Positions 1-9,799 of a stretch of 64,000 nucleotides of DNA are shown here, piece by piece (within the stretch, counting starts at the first letter, position 1; each line of letters opens with the position of its first letter). The stretch is taken from positions 9,444 to 73,443 of the forward strand of contig CAZQUL010000002.1 in assembly GCA_964596525.1 (NCBI GenBank), read 5' to 3'. Source of the DNA: an uncultured Gammaproteobacteria bacterium. Its GTDB lineage: Bacteria; Patescibacteriota; Patescibacteriia; Magasanikbacterales; GWA2-37-8. Both the position numbers and the translations under genes were made by a program. The notes beneath the pieces are model-generated. The model had not been told where the DNA came from. It saw only the letters and a list, made by a program, of their open reading frames with translations, and did not search any database.

Positions 1-274
1 GCAACACGCGATGGAACGGTGGTAAAAAACGTCTGTTGTTCTGGTTCGTTAGTTTGATATCGGAGCGGAATATTCTTAGTGTGACCGATTACAAGTACCG
101 ATAAAATCATAAGAACGCCGGCCCATACCATGAACTGCCGGATCGAATCCGCGAACGGTTTTTCTACCCCTTCATGCCGGGACAAACGCGCAATGTAGTG
201 CTCGAAAACCATAGATTATGCGAAAAAATCCTGAACACCTCGTGTGTCCAGGATAGTACACGGAAGTAGTTTGA

Positions 275-835
275 TCAAGGGTTGGGCTCGGGAGCTTGTA
301 CCACTTCTTTTTCGAGGGCTTGGTGGAGATAGGTGTGGTTGTGGAGTTCTTCGTAGCGCGGCAGATCGGTAACGGATTCCATGCCGATATGGCGTAGGTA
401 GTCGATCGTGACGGTGTAGGTTGGGAGCAGGCCCTCATCCCCTTCTTTGATGAGGCCGCGCATGAGGAGGTTGCGGATGATGAGCGCGCAGTTGACGCCG
501 CGGATCTGCTCGAGTTCGGGTTTAGAAATAGGACCCGCATACGCAATAACAGTGAGCGTCTCGAGCTGCGCCTTGGTGAGTTCACCAGCGAGTTCGTCTT
601 TAACGAACCGTTCGGTAACGTCGCGGTTGTCGGGGAGTGAAACAAGCTGCCATTCGTCGCCAGCCTCAAGGAGCGATAAACCAGAATCGTCGCTACGATA
701 CCGTTCTTGCAAACGGCGCAGATGTTCAAGCGTCTCTTCGGCGCTCAACCCTACGGTTTCGGCCAAGCGCTTGAGTGTAAGCGGTTTGGAAGCGACGAAG
801 AGTACGGATTCGAGGCGAGAAAGTTCGGTAGGCAT
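275..835 (-). CDS. scpB: Segregation and condensation protein B (ScpB)
   Basis: N-terminus MPTELSRLESVLFVASKPLTLKRLAE matches the conserved ScpB start. Sits adjacent to scpA and close to smc. Start moved to the internal ATG at 835 to avoid a 34-bp overlap with scpA. Confidence 0.8.
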   Translation of the reverse strand: MPTELSRLESVLFVASKPLTLKRLAETVGLSAEETLEHLRRLQERYRSDDSGLSLLEAGDEWQLVSLPDNRDVTERFVKDELAGELTKAQLETLTVIAYAGPISKPELEQIRGVNCALIIRNLLMRGLIKEGDEGLLPTYTVTIDYLRHIGMESVTDLPRYEELHNHTYLHQALEKEVVQAPEPNP

Positions 836-843
836 AAAGATAG

Positions 844-1536
844 TTAACGTAAGACCATTTCCACGTCCGCGTAGCACGTTTCTTGTACCACGACGATACG
901 GTTGGAACGCATAAGTTCGAGTACGGCGAGAAAACTGACCACCACTTCGGCCCGGTTCCCCTCCCCCACGATCTGGCTTAAACGCAGGCGTTTGAGGTTA
1001 CCCAAAAGTTCCGTAAGATTGGCGATTTTTTCGTGAAGTGAGACGGTGGTGCCAATAGCCACCTGGGGCAACGGGTTAATAGGTTTAAGGCGTTTAAGAA
1101 GCGCCTGAAACGTTTTTTCGAGATGCGCCGCAGTGGCGTTTTTGGGCACAACGAACTCAGTGGTTTTGCGCGGCGGTTCCAAACGTCCGTAGCCGACCAA
1201 CCCTTCGAGCCAGAGTTTATTGAGTACTTTGCTCGCGTCTTGGAATTCTTTATAGAGCTTAAGCTGGCGCGCCAGGTTGTTTTCATCTTGGTCTTCGGGC
1301 GCGGCGAGGTGCGGCAAGAGGAGCCGCACTTTGAGGTATAAAAGTTTGGTAGCCAAAACCAAAAAATCCGCCACGTCGTCGGGGCGCTTGTCTTCGAGCT
1401 CTTCAACCGAGCGCATGAACTGGTCGGTCACCTGGGAGAGCGAAATTTCGGAGAGGGGCAGTTCTTCGGCTTCGATGAGTTGCAAAAGCAGGTCGAGCGG
1501 ACCTTCGAATTGTTCGAGTTTAATGGGCGTATTCAT
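844..1536 (-). CDS. scpA: Segregation and condensation protein A (ScpA)
   Basis: IKLEQFEGPLDLLLQLIEAEEL motif typical of ScpA kleisin. The ATG at 1536 is preferred over the GTG at 1542. Confidence 0.8.
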   Translation of the reverse strand: MNTPIKLEQFEGPLDLLLQLIEAEELPLSEISLSQVTDQFMRSVEELEDKRPDDVADFLVLATKLLYLKVRLLLPHLAAPEDQDENNLARQLKLYKEFQDASKVLNKLWLEGLVGYGRLEPPRKTTEFVVPKNATAAHLEKTFQALLKRLKPINPLPQVAIGTTVSLHEKIANLTELLGNLKRLRLSQIVGEGNRAEVVVSFLAVLELMRSNRIVVVQETCYADVEMVLR

Positions 1537-1681
1537 GGGCACACTGTAGCAGAAAAACGACAGTTAGGTAAGGGGTAAACAAAAACCATCCCTGCCGACC
1601 TTAGGATACAACCGGAGTTGCACCATAAGGTCGAGGGGCAGGGATGGCGCGCCCGACGACCAGGGTCGAAGGGCGGAGAGT

Positions 1682-2152
1682 TTACTGCTTGCCGAAGGCG
1701 ACACCCTTCTTGAGATTCGGGTAGGGCAGGCAGTCCTTGTAGCCATGGAAGGCCGGGAAGCGCGGGATGATAGTATAGCAGTTCCGGAACAGGGCCTTCT
1801 CGCCGATCTTGCCGCAGCCGTGGGGGCTACTGCTGAAGTCGACGAAGTGGCCGTCGCTCTTGAGGGGCACCAGGCAGTGCGCCTTACCGACGCCGAACTC
1901 GACAACGCGCTGAGCGAGCGGGGGCGGCTCCTTGCGGCGTTCAAAGACGTACGCAACGATAGCCGACCCAAAAATGACGAACGTGAAGAAGACAAGCATG
2001 GTATACAGAGCGTCGACCGTCGTTCCACCATGTTCACTGCGGCACGCATAGCGCATCGGACGGCTCTTGATAACGTCCAACTTGAAAGCACGCATTCTGT
2101 CCTCCTGAATTTTTGGGCTGTTTCCAAGATTCTTTCTAGCAGCAAAAGGCAT
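1682..2152 (-). CDS. Hypothetical N-terminally membrane-anchored protein with conserved Cys/His residues
   Basis: One TM helix (LVFFTFVIFGSAIVAYVF) followed by a roughly 90-aa domain containing AHCLVPL...GHFVDF...HGCG. Several overlapping ORFs occur in this GC-rich stretch; this frame was chosen for the TM helix and its co-orientation with neighbours. True start uncertain. Confidence 0.4.
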   Translation of the reverse strand: MPFAARKNLGNSPKIQEDRMRAFKLDVIKSRPMRYACRSEHGGTTVDALYTMLVFFTFVIFGSAIVAYVFERRKEPPPLAQRVVEFGVGKAHCLVPLKSDGHFVDFSSSPHGCGKIGEKALFRNCYTIIPRFPAFHGYKDCLPYPNLKKGVAFGKQ

Positions 2153-2341
2153 TCCTTCGGGCTGAACTGGTGAAAAGAGGGCTTTTCAGCAGGTCGGCCC
2201 GGAGGATATATAAGGAACGGACGGACAGGAAAGAATAGCAAGAATGAGGGGAAAAGTCAAGAATTAGCTGTTTATTACAAGCGAACTGTAGAACCTAGGC
2301 CAAAAAGCACCCGTGGGCATACAAATGCGGACGAGGTGCGT

Positions 2342-3967
2342 TTAGTCGATGGTAAAGCTTACATCTTCCAGGTGGAAGGTGCCGCGGTCGGTGACGATAA
2401 GGGTGCGGATGACCCACTGTCCCCGGGGCGGCGACGAACCGCCGAAGTCGCGGCTTGTGGTACTCGGCATGGCGTACGAACGGTCCCAGCCGTAGAGACC
2501 GGTGTCGTACCAGTTCGGGTCGGTCCAGGCGTTCTGGAGACGGCCGTCACGGTAGGTCTCGATGGCGTACTTGAATTTGAGCTTGGGCGTGAGCCGCTCC
2601 AGGCCGACGAGACCGTAGACATCCTGCCCGAACGAAAATCTCCGCTGCGCCGGTGAACAGGTGTAAACCCAGTTCGTGGCCGCACTGCCCTGCGGAGCGT
2701 TGGGACAGGTGACGTAGGTGGCGGAGTACGAAAAGAGCGAGGTGGGAGCTTTGGGGTAGCCGGACGGAGGAATATTCGGGACACCGAGATTATCTGACTG
2801 CGGCGGCGGGGAGGTAACTCTACCGCCAACCGTGAACGAGGATGTCGCGATCGGCTTATCCGTCAACGGCACTCGAGCTAGATCGACGTAATAGTCAATA
2901 CGCCAAGCGCCAGCTTGGGCTTTGGGGATGGAGATCCAGTGATAAGCCGTCGTCCACTCCCCCGGCTCAACACCATCATTGCACCAGTTGGAATTGATGA
3001 ACTGGTACACGCCGTCGCGGTAGGCGTACGCGCGGAAGCAGTGACTACGCATTACTTCCTCGATACCGATGAGACCCCAAACGTTTTGGCCGATGTCGAA
3101 CTGGCTTCTACGATTACAGTTGTAGATCCAGTTCGTGGCCAGACCGCCTGTTGGTTCGGTGGCGCAGGTCGTTGGATTACCACCACCGAGCGTCGGTTTA
3201 AAGACGTACGGTGGTTTGACGTGGGCCTGGATGAAGGCGGTGGGAACGAGGAGACCACGGTCGGTGAGGACTTGATGGCTGGCTTTGTAGTCGGAGAAAA
3301 TCCGATTTCCAACCTTCCAACGGATCTCAAAGTGTAGATGAGGTGAGTGCGGTAGTCCAATGTGACCAATCTTATCACCCATCTTTACCATCTGACCCTC
3401 TACAACTTGGAGTTTTTCCAAGTGCAGATAACCAGTTTCGATTGTCTGACTAACCGGGTTTGCCCCGGCCGGAAAAACCGTGCCGGCCAATATGTACTTC
3501 GAGAGATCTTCCGCTATAGGCAGTTGATGCTTTATTACCACTGCCATCCCAATATCTTTTTCGCGGTTATCTCTAAGGATTTCCTCGGAGACGTAACGCT
3601 GAGCAAACGTTACGATACCGTCAGCGGCTGCGTATACCGGCTCATCCAAGTCACACGCACCGCCACCACCGTTTGAACAGGTCATATTCCAGTCTTCGCC
3701 CGGATGATACCCGTGCAAGCCACCGCAGTTGTCACACCACGAACCGAAATCATTATTCACGAACCACCCATCCACGCGCGGATCCTTGAAGTTATCAAGA
3801 ATACTCTTCGTACTTTTTCCCTGTACAGGAAAAATGAAAGCGCGAGCCACAGGAATTTCTGAACCTGCTTGCAATTGAACTTTTTTCTCAGCCCCATCTG
3901 GTTCGCCGCAAGCTGAAACAGCAGCAACGATCGAAAGAAGTAGGGACTTCCACGGGAATGACTTCAT
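2342..3967 (-). CDS. M23 family (LytM-like) metallopeptidase lipoprotein with two C-terminal Cys-containing repeat domains
   Basis: M23 motifs HPGEDW...AAADGIV...GHIGLPHSPHLHFEIR. Lipoprotein signal MKSFPWKSLLLSIVAAVSAC. RBS GAGGTG upstream of the ATG at 3967. The C-terminus carries two copies of a domain of roughly 110 aa (CATEPTGGLATNWIYNC... and CPNAPQGSAATNWVYTC...). Confidence 0.8.
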   Translation of the reverse strand: MKSFPWKSLLLSIVAAVSACGEPDGAEKKVQLQAGSEIPVARAFIFPVQGKSTKSILDNFKDPRVDGWFVNNDFGSWCDNCGGLHGYHPGEDWNMTCSNGGGGACDLDEPVYAAADGIVTFAQRYVSEEILRDNREKDIGMAVVIKHQLPIAEDLSKYILAGTVFPAGANPVSQTIETGYLHLEKLQVVEGQMVKMGDKIGHIGLPHSPHLHFEIRWKVGNRIFSDYKASHQVLTDRGLLVPTAFIQAHVKPPYVFKPTLGGGNPTTCATEPTGGLATNWIYNCNRRSQFDIGQNVWGLIGIEEVMRSHCFRAYAYRDGVYQFINSNWCNDGVEPGEWTTAYHWISIPKAQAGAWRIDYYVDLARVPLTDKPIATSSFTVGGRVTSPPPQSDNLGVPNIPPSGYPKAPTSLFSYSATYVTCPNAPQGSAATNWVYTCSPAQRRFSFGQDVYGLVGLERLTPKLKFKYAIETYRDGRLQNAWTDPNWYDTGLYGWDRSYAMPSTTSRDFGGSSPPRGQWVIRTLIVTDRGTFHLEDVSFTID

Positions 3968-4054
3968 GACTTCACCTCTGCCATCAAGAATTTCACTGGC
4001 GAATGTCAAACTGTTTTGACAATCGCCTAATGAGATCCTCGGCTCTTTTTATTA

Positions 4055-5401
4055 TCAAGGTACTATTACTATTTTCTCCACCATTTCCTGAAAAAAATTA
4101 AGTGCCTGAATAGTTGAGCTGCTATTTATTTTTCCCACGGCAAGATCAGCAAGGATCACACGAGAATTTTCTGGTTTTGAAGAAAAATTATTTTCGTACC
4201 AGGTTACAGGAAATGCATATTCAATTTGGATTTCTGTGGATTTATTATATGTAGTGTAGTAGAGAACGTAGCAATCAAGCTCAGGATTATAATAAAACCC
4301 TCTTAGGAATTTAAACCCACTAATACTAACTTCCTTTTCAAACGGTTCCATTTTTTGTGTTTTGAGGAGTATCTTATTAACGTATTTTTCCCTAAAAAAA
4401 TCCCAATTGTAATACGCTATATCTCCCGGTTCAGCTTCTTGCGAAGCTTTAAAAGCTTTTTCTTCGCGGATGTCTAACGAAAAAAATCCTGGTTCGAAAT
4501 ACTCATCTCTAAATTCCACTCCTGCATACCCATTTTTTTTATTGCTAAATTCGCGCAAAAAAGACATGGAATCAGGTATAAGCAACTTAACACCAAAATC
4601 CTGATTATTATAAAGAAAATAGCCTGTCCTGTTAGATGATTGGAAACGATCAGAATAGAATTTGGTTTCAGCGACAGGTTTATCATTTTTTAACGTAAAA
4701 GTGTCAAGCAACTGATCGAAATCTTTTACCTGTTCGTGAATTTCAGTATCAAAAATTCCACTTTCCAACTTTTGTAACGTTGTTTGTACCCAAATCCTTT
4801 TTTCATTACCCCATGGCAAGAGAGAATCAGGATAGGATAATGATCTCCGTACTGAAATTACAGAGTCACCAGCCGTTAATTTAGCGATGCGAGTAAATTC
4901 CCCTCCGGGGACGTCATATCCGAAAGAAAGAGTGGTATCAAATTCATTAATTACTTTCTTTGAGGAAACATTCCTCATATAAAAGATATCGTTTTTCAGT
5001 TGATTCCTTGATTTAATATCTTCTGCCCCATCAAAATCAACTGTAAGAGTAGATGTCGGCGCAGATGCTACCGGTTCAACAAAAATTGTGTATAATGGCT
5101 TACCCTGAAACTCTAACGTTATCAATTCTCTTCCGTATGACCACGAACTCGAAGTAGCTTCCCACGAAGTGGGATGCTTAAATGAGAAATTTAATGAAGG
5201 AGAACTGTACGTTATACGTTCTGTTGAGGTCGGAGAAGAAGAAATATCATTTTGGACAGGAGTGGTTGTTACGAGTGTAACACTAGCCGCATCTTGCTTA
5301 ATCATTTCATGTAGCTGTTCAGACAGCGTTTGTTCTTTTTTTGCACAAGAAAATCCACTCGCAACCAAAAGAGCGCAAAAGATAATAAGCATTTTCTTCA
5401 T
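4055..5401 (-). CDS. Hypothetical lipoprotein, compositionally atypical (AT-rich)
   Basis: Signal peptide with lipobox (MKKMLIIFCALLVASGFSC). 448 aa with no recognisable motifs. The gene is clearly more AT-rich (about 33-35% GC) than flanking genes (above 50%). Confidence 0.65.
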   Translation of the reverse strand: MKKMLIIFCALLVASGFSCAKKEQTLSEQLHEMIKQDAASVTLVTTTPVQNDISSSPTSTERITYSSPSLNFSFKHPTSWEATSSSWSYGRELITLEFQGKPLYTIFVEPVASAPTSTLTVDFDGAEDIKSRNQLKNDIFYMRNVSSKKVINEFDTTLSFGYDVPGGEFTRIAKLTAGDSVISVRRSLSYPDSLLPWGNEKRIWVQTTLQKLESGIFDTEIHEQVKDFDQLLDTFTLKNDKPVAETKFYSDRFQSSNRTGYFLYNNQDFGVKLLIPDSMSFLREFSNKKNGYAGVEFRDEYFEPGFFSLDIREEKAFKASQEAEPGDIAYYNWDFFREKYVNKILLKTQKMEPFEKEVSISGFKFLRGFYYNPELDCYVLYYTTYNKSTEIQIEYAFPVTWYENNFSSKPENSRVILADLAVGKINSSSTIQALNFFQEMVEKIVIVP

Positions 5402-5540
5402 ACGACCTTTTTAAAAAATTCGACTTAAAAAACACCAGGGTCAACCAGTGCTTCATTCCCTCCTTGGTGATTAGCATACGCGCCTTAAAATCGAGCGCAA
5501 GGGTTTGGTGTGGATAAGAAACTCCATTATTATTCCTCAT

Positions 5541-5578
5541 AAAACAAAACCAACCTCATCAGGTTGGTTTTGTTGTTT
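5541..5578 (-). terminator. Rho-independent terminator (bidirectional-looking hairpin) after aspS
   Basis: aaaacaaaaccaacctcatcaggttggttttgttgttt forms a 9-bp stem flanked by A/T runs on both sides. Confidence 0.5.
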
Positions 5579-5592
5579 ACAGAAGACTGTAC

Positions 5593-6993
5593 TCACTTCT
5601 TCTTAATCTGCACATGCACTTCATCCAACGACTTCTCCGGTAGTGGAGACGGGGCGTGCATGAGGAGGTCGCGGGCGTCGCCGGTTTTGGGGAAGGCGAT
5701 GACTTCGCGGATATTGGCTTCGTTCGAGAGGATGGCGATGATGCGGTCGAGGCCGGCTGCGATGCCGCCGTGGGGCGGGGCGCCGAACGAGAGCGCGGTG
5801 AGCATGTGGCCGAAGCGGTCGGTGATTTCGGCTTCGGAGAGGCCGATGATCTCGAAGACTTTTTTGAGGTATTCGGGTCGGTGGTTGCGGATGCTGCCAC
5901 CCCAGATTTCCCAGCCGTTGAGGGCGAGGTCGTACTGGGTGGTGAGGATGTTTTCGATGTTAGTTTTGTTAACAAGATCGTCGAGGTGCTCGGGTTTGGG
6001 GGCGGAGAACGGGTTGTGCGAGCACTGCCAGCCGCCGTCATCGGCTTTTTCGAAGAACGGAAAATCCACAACCCAGCAGAACGCGAGGAGGTTAGGATCG
6101 TTTTTATCCTCACGGATGTCGGGTTTGTCGGAGCCGTACTTTTCCATCGCTTCTTTATAGGTAAAGCGCGGGAAGGGTACCTGCTGGATGCGTTTTTCGG
6201 GCGTGATGGTTTTGACGAGGTTAATCATGGCTTCTTCGACGAGGGCCATGACGTCTTTTTGCTCGACGAAGGACATTTCGAGGTCGAATTGGGTGAATTC
6301 GGCTTGGCGGTCACCGCGCTGGTCTTCGTCGCGGAAGCAGCGGGCGATCTGGAAATAGCGTTCGATACCGCTTACCATGAGGAGTTGCTTGAACTGCTGC
6401 GGCGATTGCGGCAAGACGTAAAACTCGCCGGCATGGAGACGCGAGGGCACGATGAATTCGCGCGAACCTTCGGGCGTGCCTTTGGTAAGGCAGGGTGTTT
6501 CGACTTCGAAAAAACCGCGCTCCGAGAAAAAGCCGCGTAAAAATTGGTTGATACGGTGGCGGCGGCGGAGGTTTTCACGCATGCGGTCGGAACGTAAATC
6601 TACGTAGCGATGCTCAAGGCGGACGGTTTCTTGGATGCCGCGCGTGTCAGAACTCGGGTCAAACGGCAAAGCTTCGGTAGCGGACAAAATCTGCACGTCT
6701 TTGGCGAGGAGTTCAATGGAGCCGAGGAGTTCTTGAGGGTTTTTCTGTTTCTCCCCGCGTTCTTTGACAATGCCGCGCACGCTCACCACGTATTCCAGGC
6801 GCACGTCTTTTATTTTCTCGCGCGCTTCGTCGGTGAGTTCCGAGGGAACGCCGACGACCTGCACCACGCCTTCGCGGTCGCGCACGTCCAAAAACACGAT
6901 CTTGCCCATGTCGCGGCGGGCTTTCACCCAGCCTTTGATGAGCACTTCCTCCCCAATCTTCGATAGAATATCACGGGAAAATAAGCGTTCCAT
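5593..6993 (-). CDS. aspS: Aspartyl-tRNA synthetase, short form lacking the GAD insertion domain
   Basis: Class II aaRS motifs (FRDED, GLDRI), an N-terminal OB fold, and the 466 aa length typical of non-discriminating/archaeal-type AspRS. Confidence 0.9.
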   Translation of the reverse strand: MERLFSRDILSKIGEEVLIKGWVKARRDMGKIVFLDVRDREGVVQVVGVPSELTDEAREKIKDVRLEYVVSVRGIVKERGEKQKNPQELLGSIELLAKDVQILSATEALPFDPSSDTRGIQETVRLEHRYVDLRSDRMRENLRRRHRINQFLRGFFSERGFFEVETPCLTKGTPEGSREFIVPSRLHAGEFYVLPQSPQQFKQLLMVSGIERYFQIARCFRDEDQRGDRQAEFTQFDLEMSFVEQKDVMALVEEAMINLVKTITPEKRIQQVPFPRFTYKEAMEKYGSDKPDIREDKNDPNLLAFCWVVDFPFFEKADDGGWQCSHNPFSAPKPEHLDDLVNKTNIENILTTQYDLALNGWEIWGGSIRNHRPEYLKKVFEIIGLSEAEITDRFGHMLTALSFGAPPHGGIAAGLDRIIAILSNEANIREVIAFPKTGDARDLLMHAPSPLPEKSLDEVHVQIKKK

Positions 6994-7028
6994 AAGTAGT
7001 AGAAATACAGGATTTGATCTTACCGGAT

Positions 7029-8024
7029 CTAGATTTTAGTCGCAAGTTCCACCAAGCGGTGCGCATAGCCGTATTCGTTGTCGTACCAGGCCACGACTTT
7101 GACGAGATTGCCGCCAACCACGTTGGTAAGGCTCAAATCGACGATCGCGGAGAGTGGGTTGCCGCGGAAATCGGATGAGACCAATTCTTCGTTCGTAACA
7201 CCCAAGATGCCTTTGAGCGTACTGCCTTCGGAAGCGGTGATGAACGCTTGGTTAACGCGTTCGATGGTGACGTCTTCTTTAAGGACCGCGGTGATATCCG
7301 AGAGTGAGACGTTTGGCACGGGCACGCGGATGGCAAGGCCGTCGAATTTGTCTTTGAGTCCAGGAATCGCTTCGGTCGTAGCAATCGCGGCGCCGGTTGT
7401 GGTGGGCACAATGTTTTCGGCGGCAGCGCGAGCGCGGCGCAAATCTTTGTGCGGACCGTCTTGCAGATTCTGGTCGGCGGTGTAGCCGTGCACGGTCGTC
7501 ATCATGGCTTTCTCGATACCGAAATTCTTTTCGAGAACGAGCATGACCGGTGAGATGCAGTTAGTGGTGCACGACGCGTTGTTGAGCACGGTCGCGGTTT
7601 CGTTTTCGAGCTTATCGTGGTTAACGCCAAGCACGTAGGTGGGCACGTTACCGCCTTTGGCCGGGGCGCTGATGATGACTTTTTTGGCACCGGCGGTGAG
7701 GTGGGGTTTGGCAGCATCTTCGCTCGTAAAACGGCCGGTGCATTCGAGTACGACATCGACCTTCAAATCTTTCCACGGGAGTTTGGCCGGATCTTTTTCA
7801 GCAAAGACCGGATACTTTTTTCCTTCAACGATGATGTTTTTGTCATCATGTGAAATATCTTTGTCGTAGGTGCCGTAGGACGTATCGTATTTGAGGAGAT
7901 GAGCGAGGGTTTTGGTATCGGTAAGGTCGTTGATAGCGACGACGGCGAGATCGTTATGGGTGAGCGCGGCGCGGAAAGCTTGGCGTCCGATGCGGCCGAA
8001 GCCGTTGATGGCGATGGTGGTCAT
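7029..8024 (-). CDS. gap: Glyceraldehyde-3-phosphate dehydrogenase
   Basis: INGFGRIGR NAD-binding motif and the ASCTTNC active-site motif. Confidence 0.9.
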   Translation of the reverse strand: MTTIAINGFGRIGRQAFRAALTHNDLAVVAINDLTDTKTLAHLLKYDTSYGTYDKDISHDDKNIIVEGKKYPVFAEKDPAKLPWKDLKVDVVLECTGRFTSEDAAKPHLTAGAKKVIISAPAKGGNVPTYVLGVNHDKLENETATVLNNASCTTNCISPVMLVLEKNFGIEKAMMTTVHGYTADQNLQDGPHKDLRRARAAAENIVPTTTGAAIATTEAIPGLKDKFDGLAIRVPVPNVSLSDITAVLKEDVTIERVNQAFITASEGSTLKGILGVTNEELVSSDFRGNPLSAIVDLSLTNVVGGNLVKVVAWYDNEYGYAHRLVELATKI

Positions 8025-8066
8025 ACAATCAATTAAAAATAGGTAAAGAGAATGGAAGAATTGAGT

Positions 8067-9605
8067 TTAAACCATGGTATCAGATTCAGGAGAAGGACCA
8101 GGTGATTGCCGATCAAACAGTTCGCTGATCGAGTAATTCGCTCCTTTCTTTATGGTCGAGATGGTCATATCACCATTCATGGTATACGAATCGGGCTCAG
8201 GAAGGAGCATATCCCGACCGCGAAAGTCTTTGCGCCCTGCCAATACTTTTCCGTATTTATCAAATTCTTCACCGGTATAATTGCTCCGCAAAACACTTCC
8301 CTCTTCGGCGGCTGCAATCAGGCGCAGCGGTTCAAGCTTATCATAATTAACCTTGTTTTCATGACAGAGCTCTTCTAACCGCGCCGTCATCTTGAGGTAG
8401 AAATCATAGGGAAAGCACGTGTACTGGATAATTTTCAGTTCCTTAAGCGCCTGATTGATTCTTTTGGGCGATCTATCACGGTAATTTTTGATGCGTTCCC
8501 ACAACGCCGCCGCGAATTCATCGGGAGTAATGACGTTTTTATTTTCTATATAGATACCGTTCGGCAAGCCGTGTGTTTGAATCACCAAAGCGGTTTTTCC
8601 ACTCGACTTCTTGATCGCGTCCAAAAATTTTTCTTTGGCCGCTTTATCGGCTTTAATATCATGCCTGTCAATTTTTTTTGTAAATTGACGCACGACCTTG
8701 CCAAAACCTTTAGTAGTCTCGCTAAATCTGTCTTCGTCGCCAATACATTCGATGACTTGCGTCTCTTGATCGATGATGATTTCATCCCAAAAATCCATGC
8801 GCTCCTTCCACAACCGCTTAAGGACCTCCACATCGGTTAGCTGCTTCTTTTTCCGCACACCCGGAGATTCTTTTTCCCACAGACGGTAGCGCGTAAGGGC
8901 TTTGAGGAACGAAAAAACCGCAGACATCTGCAACAGGCCATGACTATTAAAAAAAGCGCGTATCTCGGTCTGCTTAAGGAGTTCTCGTGCATACCCAAGG
9001 TGTGCTTCGCTTTTCCAGAGCGTTTGCTGATCTTTCTTGTCATCAAAGGGCAGCATCGGGTCAAGATCGAACGCGGTGAGCTGCTCGGGTTTGGGTAAAA
9101 AATCCTCGACGCGCGCCTTCATGTACTGTCCGATTCCGTACGTATACTTACTCTCCTGGGTTAACAGATTGTGCTGACCTAAAAAATTATATACCGTTCC
9201 GTGAAAAGAGAAGTCACGCACCACAGCAAACAAGTCTTGTATAAGCGCGTTATAAGCTTCACTCAATGTTATCTTGCCTTTTTTCTCTGAACCAATTATA
9301 CGGTCGAGTCCCACGAGTATTCTTTTCACTTCAGCGCCGTGTTTTTTCTTGAACTCAGCGCGCAAAGCCGGCAGATCTTCGGGCGGAAGATCCTCATAGG
9401 CAGTAATCTTGAATTCTTTCTTGAGATTCTCAGTCGTGGAGCGGAGTTTGGCGATATCTTGTTTGAGAGATATCTCTCCCAAGAACTCCGAAGCTTTATC
9501 GAGCCCGCGGGCCAGCCGGGCGGGATTAACCGTACGTGCAGCTTCTAAACCAGCAGCTGCCGCACCGATTCCCATCAAAGCTTTTAAGGCACCACGGCGG
9601 CTCAT
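8067..9605 (-). CDS. Hypothetical exported protein with twin-arginine (Tat) signal
   Basis: MSRRGALKALMGIGAAAAGLEAA is a Tat-type signal. The ORF extends 50 codons further upstream to 9755 (low-complexity extension), so the start is uncertain. No catalytic motifs recognised. Confidence 0.55.
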   Translation of the reverse strand: MSRRGALKALMGIGAAAAGLEAARTVNPARLARGLDKASEFLGEISLKQDIAKLRSTTENLKKEFKITAYEDLPPEDLPALRAEFKKKHGAEVKRILVGLDRIIGSEKKGKITLSEAYNALIQDLFAVVRDFSFHGTVYNFLGQHNLLTQESKYTYGIGQYMKARVEDFLPKPEQLTAFDLDPMLPFDDKKDQQTLWKSEAHLGYARELLKQTEIRAFFNSHGLLQMSAVFSFLKALTRYRLWEKESPGVRKKKQLTDVEVLKRLWKERMDFWDEIIIDQETQVIECIGDEDRFSETTKGFGKVVRQFTKKIDRHDIKADKAAKEKFLDAIKKSSGKTALVIQTHGLPNGIYIENKNVITPDEFAAALWERIKNYRDRSPKRINQALKELKIIQYTCFPYDFYLKMTARLEELCHENKVNYDKLEPLRLIAAAEEGSVLRSNYTGEEFDKYGKVLAGRKDFRGRDMLLPEPDSYTMNGDMTISTIKKGANYSISELFDRQSPGPSPESDTMV

Positions 9606-9799
9606 GGTTTTTTTACCATCGTCCACAGGATTAGTTTTGCGCGCAACCGGACCCTCAGGCGGCAGGTCATATTCATTTCGGTATTCATCAGGCAAGTCCT
9701 GATGGTGCGATGAAAAATTCCGTGCGCTGTCTGGAACGAACCCTCGTTCTGGCATAGGGGAAGTTTAGGTAACGATTGTCATTAAAATAAAGAGCTCTT

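Noticed and set aside
1564-2241. Alternative 225-aa minus-strand and 142-aa plus-strand ORFs overlapping gene 1682-2152
   Set aside because: GC-rich region with several open frames. The frame with a TM helix and co-orientation was retained, though confidence is low for all.
5656-6540. 294-aa plus-strand ORF inside aspS
   Set aside because: Antisense to aspS, with a low-complexity translation and no RBS.
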